DNA from: Vicinamibacteria bacterium
Lineage (GTDB): Bacteria > Acidobacteriota > Vicinamibacteria > Marinacidobacterales > Marinacidobacteraceae
DNA length: 64,000 nucleotides
Direction: 5' to 3'
Assembly (NCBI GenBank): GCA_964291235.2
Contig: OZ219816.1
Location: 1,472,001 to 1,536,000 of the forward strand
Under the pieces are notes generated by a model, which saw only the letters and a list, made by a program, of their open reading frames with translations, was not told the origin of the DNA and ran no database searches. Position numbers and translations under genes: made by a program. Below are positions 27,201 to 37,351 of the stretch, one piece after another. Positions within the stretch are counted from its first letter, which is position 1. Each line of letters begins with the position of its first letter.

Positions 27201-30188
27201 CACGGACTACACCGAGAACACGGCGGCGCTCACCTTCACCGGCACCAGGGGCGAGACGCAGACCTTCACCGTGGCGACCACCGAGGACACCGGGAGAGAC
27301 GAGGTGACGGCGACGAAACGTTCACGGTGGATCGCCTGGCGGTCTCCGGGACCACGACGACCGTGACGGCGACCGATACGGCGGCGCGGCACCGGGCACG
27401 ATCTCGGACGACGACGGAGCCCGGGGCACGCTGACGATCGGCGACGCCAGCGCGTTCGAAGGTGACGAAATCGCGTTCGCAGTGACCCTGGACCGTCCCA
27501 TTCCCGGTGGATTCACGGTAACGCCGGAGCTCAGCGACGCGACGGCAAGGTCAGGGGAGGACTATCGCGCCGATACGCCAACCGTTCAGTTCACCGGCAA
27601 CGCGGGTGAGACGCGAACGCTCCGCGTACCCACGCTTGAGGACACCGTCAAGGAGGAAGACGAGACGTTCACCGTCCGGCTCCTTCCCTCGGAACCGCAG
27701 GCCGTGGCGACCCGGACCGCGATCGGGACGATCCTCGACGACGACGGGCTCCGAGGAACGTTGACCGTCGGAGACGCCCGCGCACTCGAAGGCGACGAGC
27801 TCACGTTCGTCATCACCCTGGACCGTCGCATCCCGGGGGGTCTCACTGTCACGCCCCAGCTCTCCGACGGGACGGCTACCTCGGGCACGGATTACCGGGC
27901 GGAGAGCTCTCCGGTCCGGTTCGCCGGGGACCCCGGCGAGACGCACTCGTTCACAGTGCCGTCCATCGAGGACAGCGAGGAGGAGGGCGACGAAACCTTC
28001 ACGGTCGCGCTCGCGATCGCGAGAACTTCGGCGGCGGTGACAGCCGCTACCGCGACGGGGACGATTGTTGATGACGACCTGTCACCCATCCACCTGCGGG
28101 CGGCTCCGGCTCGCGTCGCGGAAGCCGGCGGAGCAACCAGTGTTCGGGTGACCGCGAGCCGCGCGACCGTGCGGACGGCGACGACAGTGAGCGTGACCGT
28201 GGGGGCGGCGGACGATCCGGCGGTCGCGGGAACGGACTACCGGGCATCGCCCGCCTCGTTCACGGTGACGATCCCGGCGGGTTCGCGGGAGGGGTCGGCG
28301 GTCGTGCGGATCGAGCCCGTGGACGACTCGCTGATCGAGCCCGACGAACCGTTGTCCGTGACCGGCGTCGCCGGGTCGCGACAGGTCACGCCGGCGACGG
28401 TGACGCTGGTGGACGACGACGCGTCGAGTGCCCACCTCGTTGTCAGGATGGAGCCCAACGTGGTGCCCGAGAACGCGGGGCCGACGCTCGTGACCGTGGT
28501 CGCCGAAGTCGTCGGCGCCACCGCGGGGATGGCGCTGCCGGTGACCATGGTCGTGGGGGGCAGCGACGACACTGCGGAACGCCGCGGTCGACTACGAGCC
28601 CGTCGAGGCCTTCGGAGTGACGATTCCGGTCGGATCGTCGGAAGGAAGCGCGACATTCCTGTTGTCCCCAATTGAGGATGAATTGCTCGAGGGGAATGAA
28701 CAGCTCACCGTTACGGGCAGCACGCTTCGGCTGGAACGAGCGTCCGACCAGGGAACGATCCGGGACGAGCAGTTGGGCGAAGCGCGGGCCGAGGGGACCG
28801 GACGAACGCTGTTCCTGCTCGCGCGCGCCATCGGCTCCGAATCCCTCGCCGCAATCGAGGAACGCTTCGCGGGGAGGCGGGCAGGACGTGAGACGCGGTC
28901 GGGAACGGCGCCGGTGCTCGATCAGAGCACGGGCGGGCGGCCGGATTGGTCGGCCAGGATGCGTATGCGCGGCGGACCGTCCCCGGGAGCGGACCCGTAC
29001 GGCTTGAACGACTCCGCTGCGGGCCTTGAGAGACCCGAGCCGCACCCCTTCGGTGGGTTGGGATGGATTGACGGAAGCACCTTCGTGGCCCCGCTGGGCG
29101 GCGGGGAGGCGCAGGCCGGAGGCGCGGGGGGAGAGGCCGGCGCCGCAGAGGACCACGACGACGCGGGATGGGTCATCTGGGGACGGGCCGCGTCCACCCG
29201 GACGGCGGTGCAGGCGACGCCGGTTACCCAGGCGCGGGGAGACCTCTTCACCATGCACCTGGGCGCCGACACCCGACTGGGCAAGGAAATGCTCCTGGGA
29301 TTGGCCCTGTCGCACAGTCGGGGCAAGCTGGGCTACACACTCGGGGAAACCCCGGATTCCGCACCGGCGGCAGTCGAGGGTGGGCTGGCCAGCGTCCAGC
29401 CGTACGCGCACTGGACGCCGCGGTCCGGCCTGGAGGTGTGGGGCCTTGGTGGTCTGGGTCGCGGCAGCCTGCAGGTCTCGGACGCGTTCGGCCAGGCGGA
29501 CACGGGGGTCGGCATGCGGATGGCCGCCGGCGGCGTGCGGCAGGAGGTCGGCGTGGAGAGCGGACTGGCGGTCAAGGCCGACGTGTTCCACGTGGCCCTG
29601 CAGTCGGAGGCCCAGCTGGACCTGCCGGCGGCGCGGGCGACGGCAGTCCGCGCGCGGATGCTGGTCGAATGGCAGGCCGAGTGGGCGGCTACGGCGTCCA
29701 CGCTCCTGCGCCCCCGCCTGGAGATCGGCGGCCGTTGGGACGGCGGCACCGATGTCGGCGGGATGGGCTCGGAAGTGGGCGGCGGCGTTTCCGTGGTGAA
29801 CATTCGGCAGAAGCTGGAACTCGCCGTGTCCGGACGGTACCTGGTGGCGCACCAGGAGGAGGGTTTCGACGAATGGGGGGCGAGCGTGACCCTGCGCGGG
29901 GGGCCGGGCGTGGAGGGCCGGGGACCGTGGGTCTCGCTCGAGCCGGAGTGGGGCGCGGCGGCCAGCCAGGTGCAGTCGCTCGTGGGACCACAGCCGGACC
30001 CGGCATTCCGGAACGCCGCGGCGGCCGGCCGGATCGCGGGGGTGCAGCCGGATCGTTCGCGGCTGGCAGCCGGCTACGCGCTGCCTGAAATGGGCGCCGA
30101 TTTCCGGCTGGAAGGCATGCGGGAGACCCTCGGGCAGGAAGCCGATCCGAAGTACGGCGTCCGCCTCTCGGCTTCGTTCAGCTGGTGA
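21203..30188 (+). CDS. Giant adhesin/autotransporter (putative Ig repeats, Big-like, Calx-beta repeats, C-terminal beta-barrel), frameshifted into ORFs 21203-26830, 26833-27366, 27482-28675 and 28617-30188
   Basis: Signal-like N-terminus. Seven NAPPV...GLPSGLSY..GQVQGT repeats, two TVT.SGP...FSE.VTGFE domains and about 12-14 Calx-beta repeats (D.SA.EG...DY...TI.DDD). Autotransporter-like barrel ending SASFSW. The repeat consensus continues across the breaks. Confidence 0.85.
22504..23680 (+). repeat. 294-bp in-frame tandem repeats (98-aa Ig-like units) within the adhesin
   Basis: GAACTCCCCGGCCAACGC at 22504, 22798 and 23092, with a variant at 23386. Confidence 0.9.
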
Positions 30189-30787
30189 CCGGCCCGGCTC
30201 CGACGATGAACACGCTCATACCCGCCGCCCGCCGGAGAGGCAACGGGGCCAACCACAGCTCGTCCCGCTCGGCGTTTTTCGCATCGCCTCATTGGATACC
30301 GGGAGATCGAAAATGAACCGCGGCTGGAGCTGCCTTCCACTGTGCGGCTGCGGTTCAAGAAAGGCGGCCCGCCACCGGTTCCGCTCGAGCGCCAGGAAAC
30401 TCGGCAAGCGGTCTTTGTGGGCGCCGTGCGTTCCGACGACATCGAGGCGGATGCAGAAGAGGAACCGGAGTCTCCCCGCGAGGGCAAAGAGGAAGTCCCG
30501 GACGAGGAACGCGACGGGAAGGATCACCCGCGCAGTCACCGCCTGAATCCATCCGGACGGGATCAGCGTTCGCCGAGACACCGGGCTCACCCGCGACCGG
30601 CGGCAGGCAGACGAAGGACACGACCCGACATGGATGCGCTAGTCCCAATCCACATCGTCCGATCCATGGGAAGCCGGAGTCCCGGCCGGTATGTTGGGCC
30701 GCATGGGACGGCATTCCGTCCGGCGCCACCTGCCGGCCGAGGCGACGCCGACGACGAGGTCACCGGCGCTTCATCCCGGGCTGCTCG

Positions 30788-31921
30788 CTAACCCCCGAGC
30801 AGCGTCCGCGCCAGGACCCCCATGCCGAACCCGAAGTAGTTCCCGATCGCGTAGCCGGCGAGCGCCACCGCGATCCCGGGCAGCAGCTTGTCGGCGTAAC
30901 CCCGGGCCGAGGCGATCGCCACCGCGGAGGCGGCGCCCCCGATGTTCGCCTGGGACGCCACCGAGAGGGTCCCGGCGTCCATACGCAAGAGCCGTCCGGC
31001 CCCAAAGATGACGAGCCCGTGGACCCCCACCGCGATCGCCGCGAAGAGGAAGAGCGTCGGCCCCGCGGCGAACATCTCGGAGATGAGCGAGCGCGCCCCG
31101 TTCGCGGCGAGAAACAGGTAGAGCAGCGCGTTCCCGAGCACCGGCGCCCCCCGCAGCGTTCGCACCGGGCCGGTGTGGCCGAGGACCAGCGTGATGGTCG
31201 TCAGCCAGAGGACCGACGGGATTCCCGGCACCACTCCCGCAATCAACTGCGCCGTCACCATGGTCCCGAGGGTGATCGCCCCGAGACCGAAGAAGTCCAT
31301 CATCCGCAGGCTCTCACCGCTTTCGTTGAGCTGCTGTTCGAGAGTCAGGGGCCCCTTGCCGCTCGGAACGGGATCGAGGCTGCGGCCGCCTCGCAGGAGG
31401 GCCGGAATCGCGATACAGGCGGCGAGCCAGATGCTGGTCACGATCACATCGGCGGCGAGCGCCGCCGACATGAGGTTGGGATCGGTTTCGAACGCGGCCG
31501 CGAGCGCGTAGAAGTTCGCGCTCCCCCCGATGTAGGTGCCGGTGAACTGGCCGGTGAGCTTCCAGGCCTCCGCACCCAATGCGCCAGCCAGGAGCAGCGT
31601 CCCGAGGAACGTGCCGAGCATGGTGCCGAGCGCCCCGAGCCCGAAGGCGGCGAGCATCGCCTTTCCGGCGCCCAGGACCGCCCGGAGGTCCACGTTCAGC
31701 AGCACCAGCACGATCGCGGCGTTGATCCAGATGTTCGAGATCTGCTCATAACTCTCCGCCTCCCCCACCAGGAGTCCGGTATTGGAGAGCACCATTCCGA
31801 ACAGGAGGCACAAGAGCCCGGCGCTCAGCGACCGGAAGAAGCGGTAGTTGCGCTCCAGCCAGACGGCGAGGAATACCGACGCGGCGAGCGCCAGAAAAAT
31901 TCCGAAGGGATCCTGGATCAA
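30788..31921 (-). CDS. DUF819 family integral membrane protein, paralog A
   Basis: Multiple TM segments; GTYIGGSANF, VASQANIGG, GYAIGNYFG. Confidence 0.88.
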   Translation of the reverse strand: MIQDPFGIFLALAASVFLAVWLERNYRFFRSLSAGLLCLLFGMVLSNTGLLVGEAESYEQISNIWINAAIVLVLLNVDLRAVLGAGKAMLAAFGLGALGTMLGTFLGTLLLAGALGAEAWKLTGQFTGTYIGGSANFYALAAAFETDPNLMSAALAADVIVTSIWLAACIAIPALLRGGRSLDPVPSGKGPLTLEQQLNESGESLRMMDFFGLGAITLGTMVTAQLIAGVVPGIPSVLWLTTITLVLGHTGPVRTLRGAPVLGNALLYLFLAANGARSLISEMFAAGPTLFLFAAIAVGVHGLVIFGAGRLLRMDAGTLSVASQANIGGAASAVAIASARGYADKLLPGIAVALAGYAIGNYFGFGMGVLARTLLGG

Positions 31922-32014
31922 GTGTCACCCTCGGGGCGCAGGCTCGTCCCCTTGCAACGTGTCACCGTCACCGCAGTGCGCGCGACACCCGGTTTCCTCC
32001 GCCTCCCGCGGACG

Positions 32015-32034
32015 GTGCCGGCCTGGAGGCCGGC
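32015..32034. repeat. REP-like palindrome GTGCCGGCCTGGAGGCCGGC
   Basis: Exact reverse complement of 61298-61317; intergenic. Confidence 0.65.
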
Positions 32035-32050
32035 GGTCCCTCCCGGCTCC

Positions 32051-33184
32051 TCATCCCCCGAGGAGCGTCCGCGCGAGGGTTCCCATCCCGAACCCGAGGT
32101 AGTTCCCGAACGCGTAGCCGCCGAGCGCCACCACAATCCCGGGAAGCAGCTTGTCCCCGTAGCCCCGCGCCGTAGCGATCGCCACCGCCGAGGCGGCGCC
32201 CCCGATGTTGGCCTGCGACGCCACCACCAGCGTCCCCGCATCGAACTTGAGCAGCCGGCCGATGCCGAAGATCACGAGCCCGTGGATCCCCACCGTGATC
32301 AGTGCGTAGAAGAAGAGTGACGGCCCGTAGGCCAGCATCTCGGACACCAGTGATTGCGCCCCGTTCCCGGCCAGGAACAGGTAGAGCAGCGAGTTGCCGA
32401 GGACCGGCGCGCCCCGGAGCTTCCGGACGGCCGGGGTGTGGCCGAGAACGAGGGCGATGGTGGTCAGCCACAGCACCGCCGGAATGACCGGCACCGCCGC
32501 GGCCAGCAGCGGAGCCGCCATCATCGCGCCCAGGGTGATCGCGGCGAGCCCGAAGAAGTCCATCATCCGGAGGCTCTCACCACTTTCCTTGAGCCGCTGC
32601 TCCAGCGTCATCGGAGCATCGCCCTTCCGAACCGGGTTGAGCCCCTGCCCACCGTAGAGCAGCGCCGGGACCACGAGGCAGGTGCCGAGCCAACAGGCGG
32701 TGACGATCACGTCCGCGGCCACCGCTCCCGACATGATGTTCGGATCGGTCCCGAAGGCGCTGGCGAGCGCATAGAAGTTCGCCCCGCCGCCGATGTAGGT
32801 TCCGGTGAACTGCCCGGTGAGCTTCCAGGTCTCGGGGCCGATGGCGCCGGCGAGCAGGAACGTGGCGATCGCGGTCCCCATCATGGTGCCGGCCGCGCCG
32901 AGCCCGAAGGCCCCCAGCATGGGCCTGCCCGCGTCCAGAAGGGTGCGAAGGTCCACGTTGAGGAGCACCAGCACGATCGCCGCGTTCACCCAGATGTTGC
33001 CGAGCTGGTAGTAGGCGTCGGCGTCCCCCGGAAGAAGCCCCGAATTCGACAGGATCATCCCGAAGACGAGGCACATCAGCCCGGCGCTCATGGCGCGGAA
33101 GAAGCGGTAGCGCCCCTCGAGCCACACGGCCAGGAAGACGGCGCCGGCCAGCGCCAGGAAGATGCCGAAGGGATCCTGGATCAC
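32051..33184 (-). CDS. DUF819 family integral membrane protein, paralog B
   Basis: Same length (377 aa) and motifs as paralog A. Confidence 0.88.
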   Translation of the reverse strand: MIQDPFGIFLALAGAVFLAVWLEGRYRFFRAMSAGLMCLVFGMILSNSGLLPGDADAYYQLGNIWVNAAIVLVLLNVDLRTLLDAGRPMLGAFGLGAAGTMMGTAIATFLLAGAIGPETWKLTGQFTGTYIGGGANFYALASAFGTDPNIMSGAVAADVIVTACWLGTCLVVPALLYGGQGLNPVRKGDAPMTLEQRLKESGESLRMMDFFGLAAITLGAMMAAPLLAAAVPVIPAVLWLTTIALVLGHTPAVRKLRGAPVLGNSLLYLFLAGNGAQSLVSEMLAYGPSLFFYALITVGIHGLVIFGIGRLLKFDAGTLVVASQANIGGAASAVAIATARGYGDKLLPGIVVALGGYAFGNYLGFGMGTLARTLLGG

Positions 33185-33203
33185 GAGCGGGGCCTCTTCG
33201 GGC

Positions 33204-34319
33204 TCAGCGGATGGCGTCCACCCATGCGCGCACCGGGTTGACGAGTGTCCCGATCCCTTCGGCCCAACAGGCGGCGCTGTCCCCGGGTTTCATGAAAATG
33301 GGTGGAATCCGGGCGTAGCCCACCCCGTCGGGGGTTCCCGTGGCGATCACGTCCCCCGGCCGCAGAATCAGGTTGTGCGAGGCAAACTGGATGAGCTCGG
33401 GGATCTTGTGTTCCATGATGCCGGTATTGGCGTCCTGCATGATCTCGCCGGAGAGGGTGAAGCGGATGTCGAGGTCGTGCGGGTCCGCTACGAACTCGGC
33501 GGGCGTGATGAAGGGGCCGAGGGGGGCGAAGGTCTCGGTGGACTTCCACACCAGCCAGTCGGATCCGTAGCGATCGTCACCGCGACCCTCGCGGTCGCCC
33601 ACGTCGTTCATCATGGTGAATCCGAAGATGTGGGCGCCGGCGTCCCCGGCGTCCACGTCACTCGCCGGCCGGCCGATCACCACCGCGAGTTCGCACTCCC
33701 AGTCCACCATCTCCCGTTCGGGTTTCATCAGGATCGGCTCACCGTGGCCGATGGCGATGCTGCCCGGCTTCATGAAGAGGTACGGATTCTGGCGTCGATC
33801 GCCGGGCTCCCGCTCCCAGAAGTGGTCCATGGAGACCTGTTGGTCGTCGAGCGCCGAGGCGTCCGACATCTCGGCCGCGGCCCCGGTGGTCATCTCCACC
33901 CCGTGCGCCGGGTAGTTCAGGGCGGTCGCCAGGATGAGTCCCGGGCGTACCGGAGGAAAGACATGGAGACCCTCGAGTTCGTGGATCCAGACCGGCCGCT
34001 CGTCGGCGGAGCGTTCGAGCATCGGAACCACCTGCTCCGCGATGGCGTGGACGCGCTCGCGCATGCCGAGATGCCAGCGGCCGGCGAGTTCCTTCATGTC
34101 CTCGGGCATCGGCAGGCGCACCCACATCCGGTTGTGCCGCTCAAGGGAGGCGTTGGCGCTACCCAGATCCACGGCGTACGCGTCGCGCAGCACGATGCCG
34201 AGGAAGGACTCCCCGCGCGCTTCGAAGGTCCCGAGTCGGAAGAGTTCGGCCGCGTTGGCCGAAGGAGGCACCCAGAGCAGCAGCGCGGCGCCGAGCAGCG
34301 CGGCAGGAGTGCTTCTCAT
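33204..34319 (-). CDS. Fumarylacetoacetate hydrolase family protein with signal peptide
   Basis: ALNYPAH, PYLFMK, VDWECEL, MNDV, KSTETFAPLGP, GDVIATGTPDGVG. Confidence 0.9.
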   Translation of the reverse strand: MRSTPAALLGAALLLWVPPSANAAELFRLGTFEARGESFLGIVLRDAYAVDLGSANASLERHNRMWVRLPMPEDMKELAGRWHLGMRERVHAIAEQVVPMLERSADERPVWIHELEGLHVFPPVRPGLILATALNYPAHGVEMTTGAAAEMSDASALDDQQVSMDHFWEREPGDRRQNPYLFMKPGSIAIGHGEPILMKPEREMVDWECELAVVIGRPASDVDAGDAGAHIFGFTMMNDVGDREGRGDDRYGSDWLVWKSTETFAPLGPFITPAEFVADPHDLDIRFTLSGEIMQDANTGIMEHKIPELIQFASHNLILRPGDVIATGTPDGVGYARIPPIFMKPGDSAACWAEGIGTLVNPVRAWVDAIR

Positions 34320-34370
34320 GACGGCGCCGGAGTATGGCAGAGGCCGACCGCAGGGGTTCGCTCGCTGGAC

Positions 34371-36068
34371 TCAGGGCCGGAGATCGAGCACCGGGTCCTT
34401 TTCGCCGGTCATTTCCCAGCGCGCCAGGGTGATCGGGATCACTCCCGCGGCGTAGAAACGGTCGAAGAAGTCCTTCACGGTGAAGTCGTCACCCTCCAGT
34501 ACGGCCACTTCGGCGAGCAGCTCCTCGATCTGGATCTTCCCCACTACGTAGCTTGTCCCGTAGCCAGGCTGGCGCAGGTAGAGGCTCTGCTCGCCGCGCA
34601 CCAGCGCGCCCTCGGTAAGCCAGCCGCGCGGTGTCCACTTCATCGCGAAGGCCACGGCCTCCTCCATCTCGAAGTCACCGCTATGGAGACGGAGGCCGCT
34701 GAGGGCGCGGGCGGCGCGTTGGGCGAGCATGATCCAGGTCAGCTCCCGCGATCGCGGCGAACCGTCGAGCAGACCGAGGTGCATGAACATCTCCTCGACG
34801 CCGGTGGCGAGTCCCTCCGAGCGGATCGCGTAGATGTTGGACAGCGACGGCACCGCGCGGACGGGGCTCAGGTGGGGAGCGTCCCGCATCGCCGCCAGCT
34901 CGATCCAGTGGTGCATGTGCGGCCGGAAGGCGTCCGGGTCACGGTAGCTCACCTCGTTGAAGAAGTTCCGGAGGTCATCCGGGTTTTCGAGCGGCTGGAA
35001 GGCGCCGTTGACCGCCCTCAGCGCCGGATCCATGAAGTCCTCGATGCTCTGGATCTCCTCCCGCTCCAGGAACTCCATGTAGCGGTCCACGGACTCGTTG
35101 AGCCGCCGGTCGAACTCCTCGGGAGAAGCGATCCGCTCCAGCTCCGGAAGGTGCCGGTTGCGGTTCTCCTCGAGGCGCATCGAGGAGTGGGAACGGGCCA
35201 GCTCCCGCTCGATGAGGGTCACGATCTCCTCCCAGGACCAGGGCAGCAGATGCACGTGCTGCATGAGCCAGGTGTAGTTGTCCGCCCCCACACCCGAGGG
35301 GCCCGTCTTCTGGTCCGCCTCGGCCTCGAGGAACTCCCGGAAATCCACGCTGGCGGCGTGGGCGGCCTCCACCGCCGCGTCGAGTTCGGCGCTCGTCCCC
35401 GCGACCCGCTCACCGAAGGCGGCGAGGGCGGCGGCCTGGTTCCGGAAGTAGCGAAATCCACCAAGCCACAGATCCCGGGCGTTCGACGCGGCGAGGTTCT
35501 CCCGGGCCTGCGCCAGGACGCCGGGGACGGTCCCGATCCGCTGCGCCAGTTCCGCGGCGTCCGCGTCGGAGAGTGGGTATTCGTAGGTCCAGAGATCGAT
35601 GAACCCGTGCATCACCGGCCCTTCGTGCGCCGGGACATCGCTCTGGGCCGCGAAGATCTGTACGTAAAACCCCGGATCCCGGGCCCAGGGCCTCCGCACT
35701 CGGTGGTCGAAGTCGAGCCCGTTCATCTCGCCGCGCAGCAGGTGCCAGTCCACCTGCTCGGCGATGGACCAGCTCCCGGGAGCGAGCGCGTCGAGCCGGG
35801 CGCGCCAGGCGGGTAGCTCCGCGTGCTGGCGACCCATCGCCGCCGCGCTGTAGTCCGGGACGCCGTCCCGAAACTCGGGACGCTCGAATTCCCGCCACTC
35901 CTCGAAGAGAGCCACGAGGTCGGCGTGGGCGCCCGGCTCGCCGGCCGGCGCCGGCGGCGGCTCGGCGCCGCAGCCGGCGAGCAATCCACCGAGAATCACA
36001 AGCAATGACAGCGGCCACCGCTCGCGCTCGGGCGGCGACGCCCATGGGGACGCGAAAGGTGCATTCAT
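34371..36068 (-). CDS. DUF885 family lipoprotein
   Basis: Lipobox LLAGC; PW..DP..Y, SEGLA..E, QPGYGTSYVVGK, and a C-terminal F..KDFFD...AG.IP segment. Confidence 0.8.
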   Translation of the reverse strand: MNAPFASPWASPPERERWPLSLLVILGGLLAGCGAEPPPAPAGEPGAHADLVALFEEWREFERPEFRDGVPDYSAAAMGRQHAELPAWRARLDALAPGSWSIAEQVDWHLLRGEMNGLDFDHRVRRPWARDPGFYVQIFAAQSDVPAHEGPVMHGFIDLWTYEYPLSDADAAELAQRIGTVPGVLAQARENLAASNARDLWLGGFRYFRNQAAALAAFGERVAGTSAELDAAVEAAHAASVDFREFLEAEADQKTGPSGVGADNYTWLMQHVHLLPWSWEEIVTLIERELARSHSSMRLEENRNRHLPELERIASPEEFDRRLNESVDRYMEFLEREEIQSIEDFMDPALRAVNGAFQPLENPDDLRNFFNEVSYRDPDAFRPHMHHWIELAAMRDAPHLSPVRAVPSLSNIYAIRSEGLATGVEEMFMHLGLLDGSPRSRELTWIMLAQRAARALSGLRLHSGDFEMEEAVAFAMKWTPRGWLTEGALVRGEQSLYLRQPGYGTSYVVGKIQIEELLAEVAVLEGDDFTVKDFFDRFYAAGVIPITLARWEMTGEKDPVLDLRP

Positions 36069-36132
36069 GGAGGGCCTCCTGAAGGCCGCCATCGTACGCG
36101 CCCCGGCGCGGCCCGTCGAAGGCCGCCGGCTG

Positions 36133-37272
36133 CTAGACGAGGGACCGCAGCAGGTGCAGGAAGCGTTCGATGTCGTCCCGGCGGTGGTAATGGCCGAGCG
36201 AGGCGCGCACGACGCCGTCTTCCGGGTTCACCCCGAGCGCTTCGAGCGTCGCCCTGGATCCGAGATCTCCGGTACTCACCTGAACTCCGCCGTCCCGGAT
36301 CGCGGCGCCCAGCTCCTCTGCGCTCGTGCCTTCGGCGGTGAACGTGAACGTCGGAATCCGGTAGGCCGCGCGCCGGGGATCGTCTTCTCCCAGGAGCGAG
36401 ATCCCCTTGACACGCGACAGGCCCCGGAGCATGAGACGGCTGAGGATGCGTTCCTCCTGGCGGATGCTCTGCATTCCCTTACGCATGGGTTCGCGGCGAC
36501 CGAAGCGTTCCGAGGGGGGCGCCACGGGAGCGGCCTCGACGCTCCCGAGCCGCTCGGCGTAGGACACGGCGCGGGCGAGGCCCGCCAGCGTATTCGGCGA
36601 AACGGCTCCATTCCGGGAGGCATCGGCGCCGGCAAGGCGGCGTGCCCAGAGCATCGCGCCGCGGGCGCCGAACAGTTCTTCCCCATTCGCGATGACGGCG
36701 CCGCACCGGAGATTCCGGATGTCGAGCGACCCGTGCGGGACGAAGTGACTCGCTTCGGTGACGAGCAACGCCCCCGTCCCCGCCAGTAGTTGGGCGACCG
36801 GGATGACCTCGTTGAGTGATCCCGTGACGGGACACGCCTTGGTGAGCAGCACGAGCCGCGTTCGATCGTCGAGCACGGCCTCGAGGTCGCGAAGCAGGAC
36901 CCGGCCTTGCCGGCGCGGCCGCCAGTCCGATACCGCGACCCCCGCCGGGAGCGCGCTTCGCCACACCGCCCGGCGGTCGTCCGGCTCGGACTGGGAGAGC
37001 ACCACCCGGTCGCCGGCCCGGAGTCCGAGAGAACGAACGAGTCGGCGCACCAGCGCCTCGTAGTCCTCACCGACCGCGATCTGTTCCTCTGCCCAGTCCA
37101 CGTTCGAATTCCAGAACCACGCCAGGTCCGCGCGCAGATTCGCCTCCGCCGACGCATCGGCTCCCACCGGCCGGGGCAACAAGGTGCGGGGGACGCCCAC
37201 CGCGTCGAAATCAAGCCGTCCCGCCTCCGGCGGGACGAACGATTGGGCAATGTCGATATCGGAAAGATGCAT
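36133..37272 (-). CDS. Aminotransferase class V / cysteine desulfurase-like protein lacking PLP-binding residues
   Basis: LDDRTRLV...CPVTG, EASHFVPHGSLDI, RIPTFTF, GVVRASLGHY. The expected PLP Lys position reads NGEELFG. Confidence 0.75.
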   Translation of the reverse strand: MHLSDIDIAQSFVPPEAGRLDFDAVGVPRTLLPRPVGADASAEANLRADLAWFWNSNVDWAEEQIAVGEDYEALVRRLVRSLGLRAGDRVVLSQSEPDDRRAVWRSALPAGVAVSDWRPRRQGRVLLRDLEAVLDDRTRLVLLTKACPVTGSLNEVIPVAQLLAGTGALLVTEASHFVPHGSLDIRNLRCGAVIANGEELFGARGAMLWARRLAGADASRNGAVSPNTLAGLARAVSYAERLGSVEAAPVAPPSERFGRREPMRKGMQSIRQEERILSRLMLRGLSRVKGISLLGEDDPRRAAYRIPTFTFTAEGTSAEELGAAIRDGGVQVSTGDLGSRATLEALGVNPEDGVVRASLGHYHRRDDIERFLHLLRSLV

Positions 37273-37351
37273 GGAAAAGTGGCCTCCGGGGCCGGGAACG
37301 GCCGCCACCCCCGTTTAGGATACGCGCCAGAATCGGACAACGGGAGGTTGG

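Noticed and set aside
30190-30787. Small ORFs at the right island flank (30216-30590 minus, 30342-30791 plus)
   Set aside because: No recognisable motif or convincing start; coding status could not be supported.
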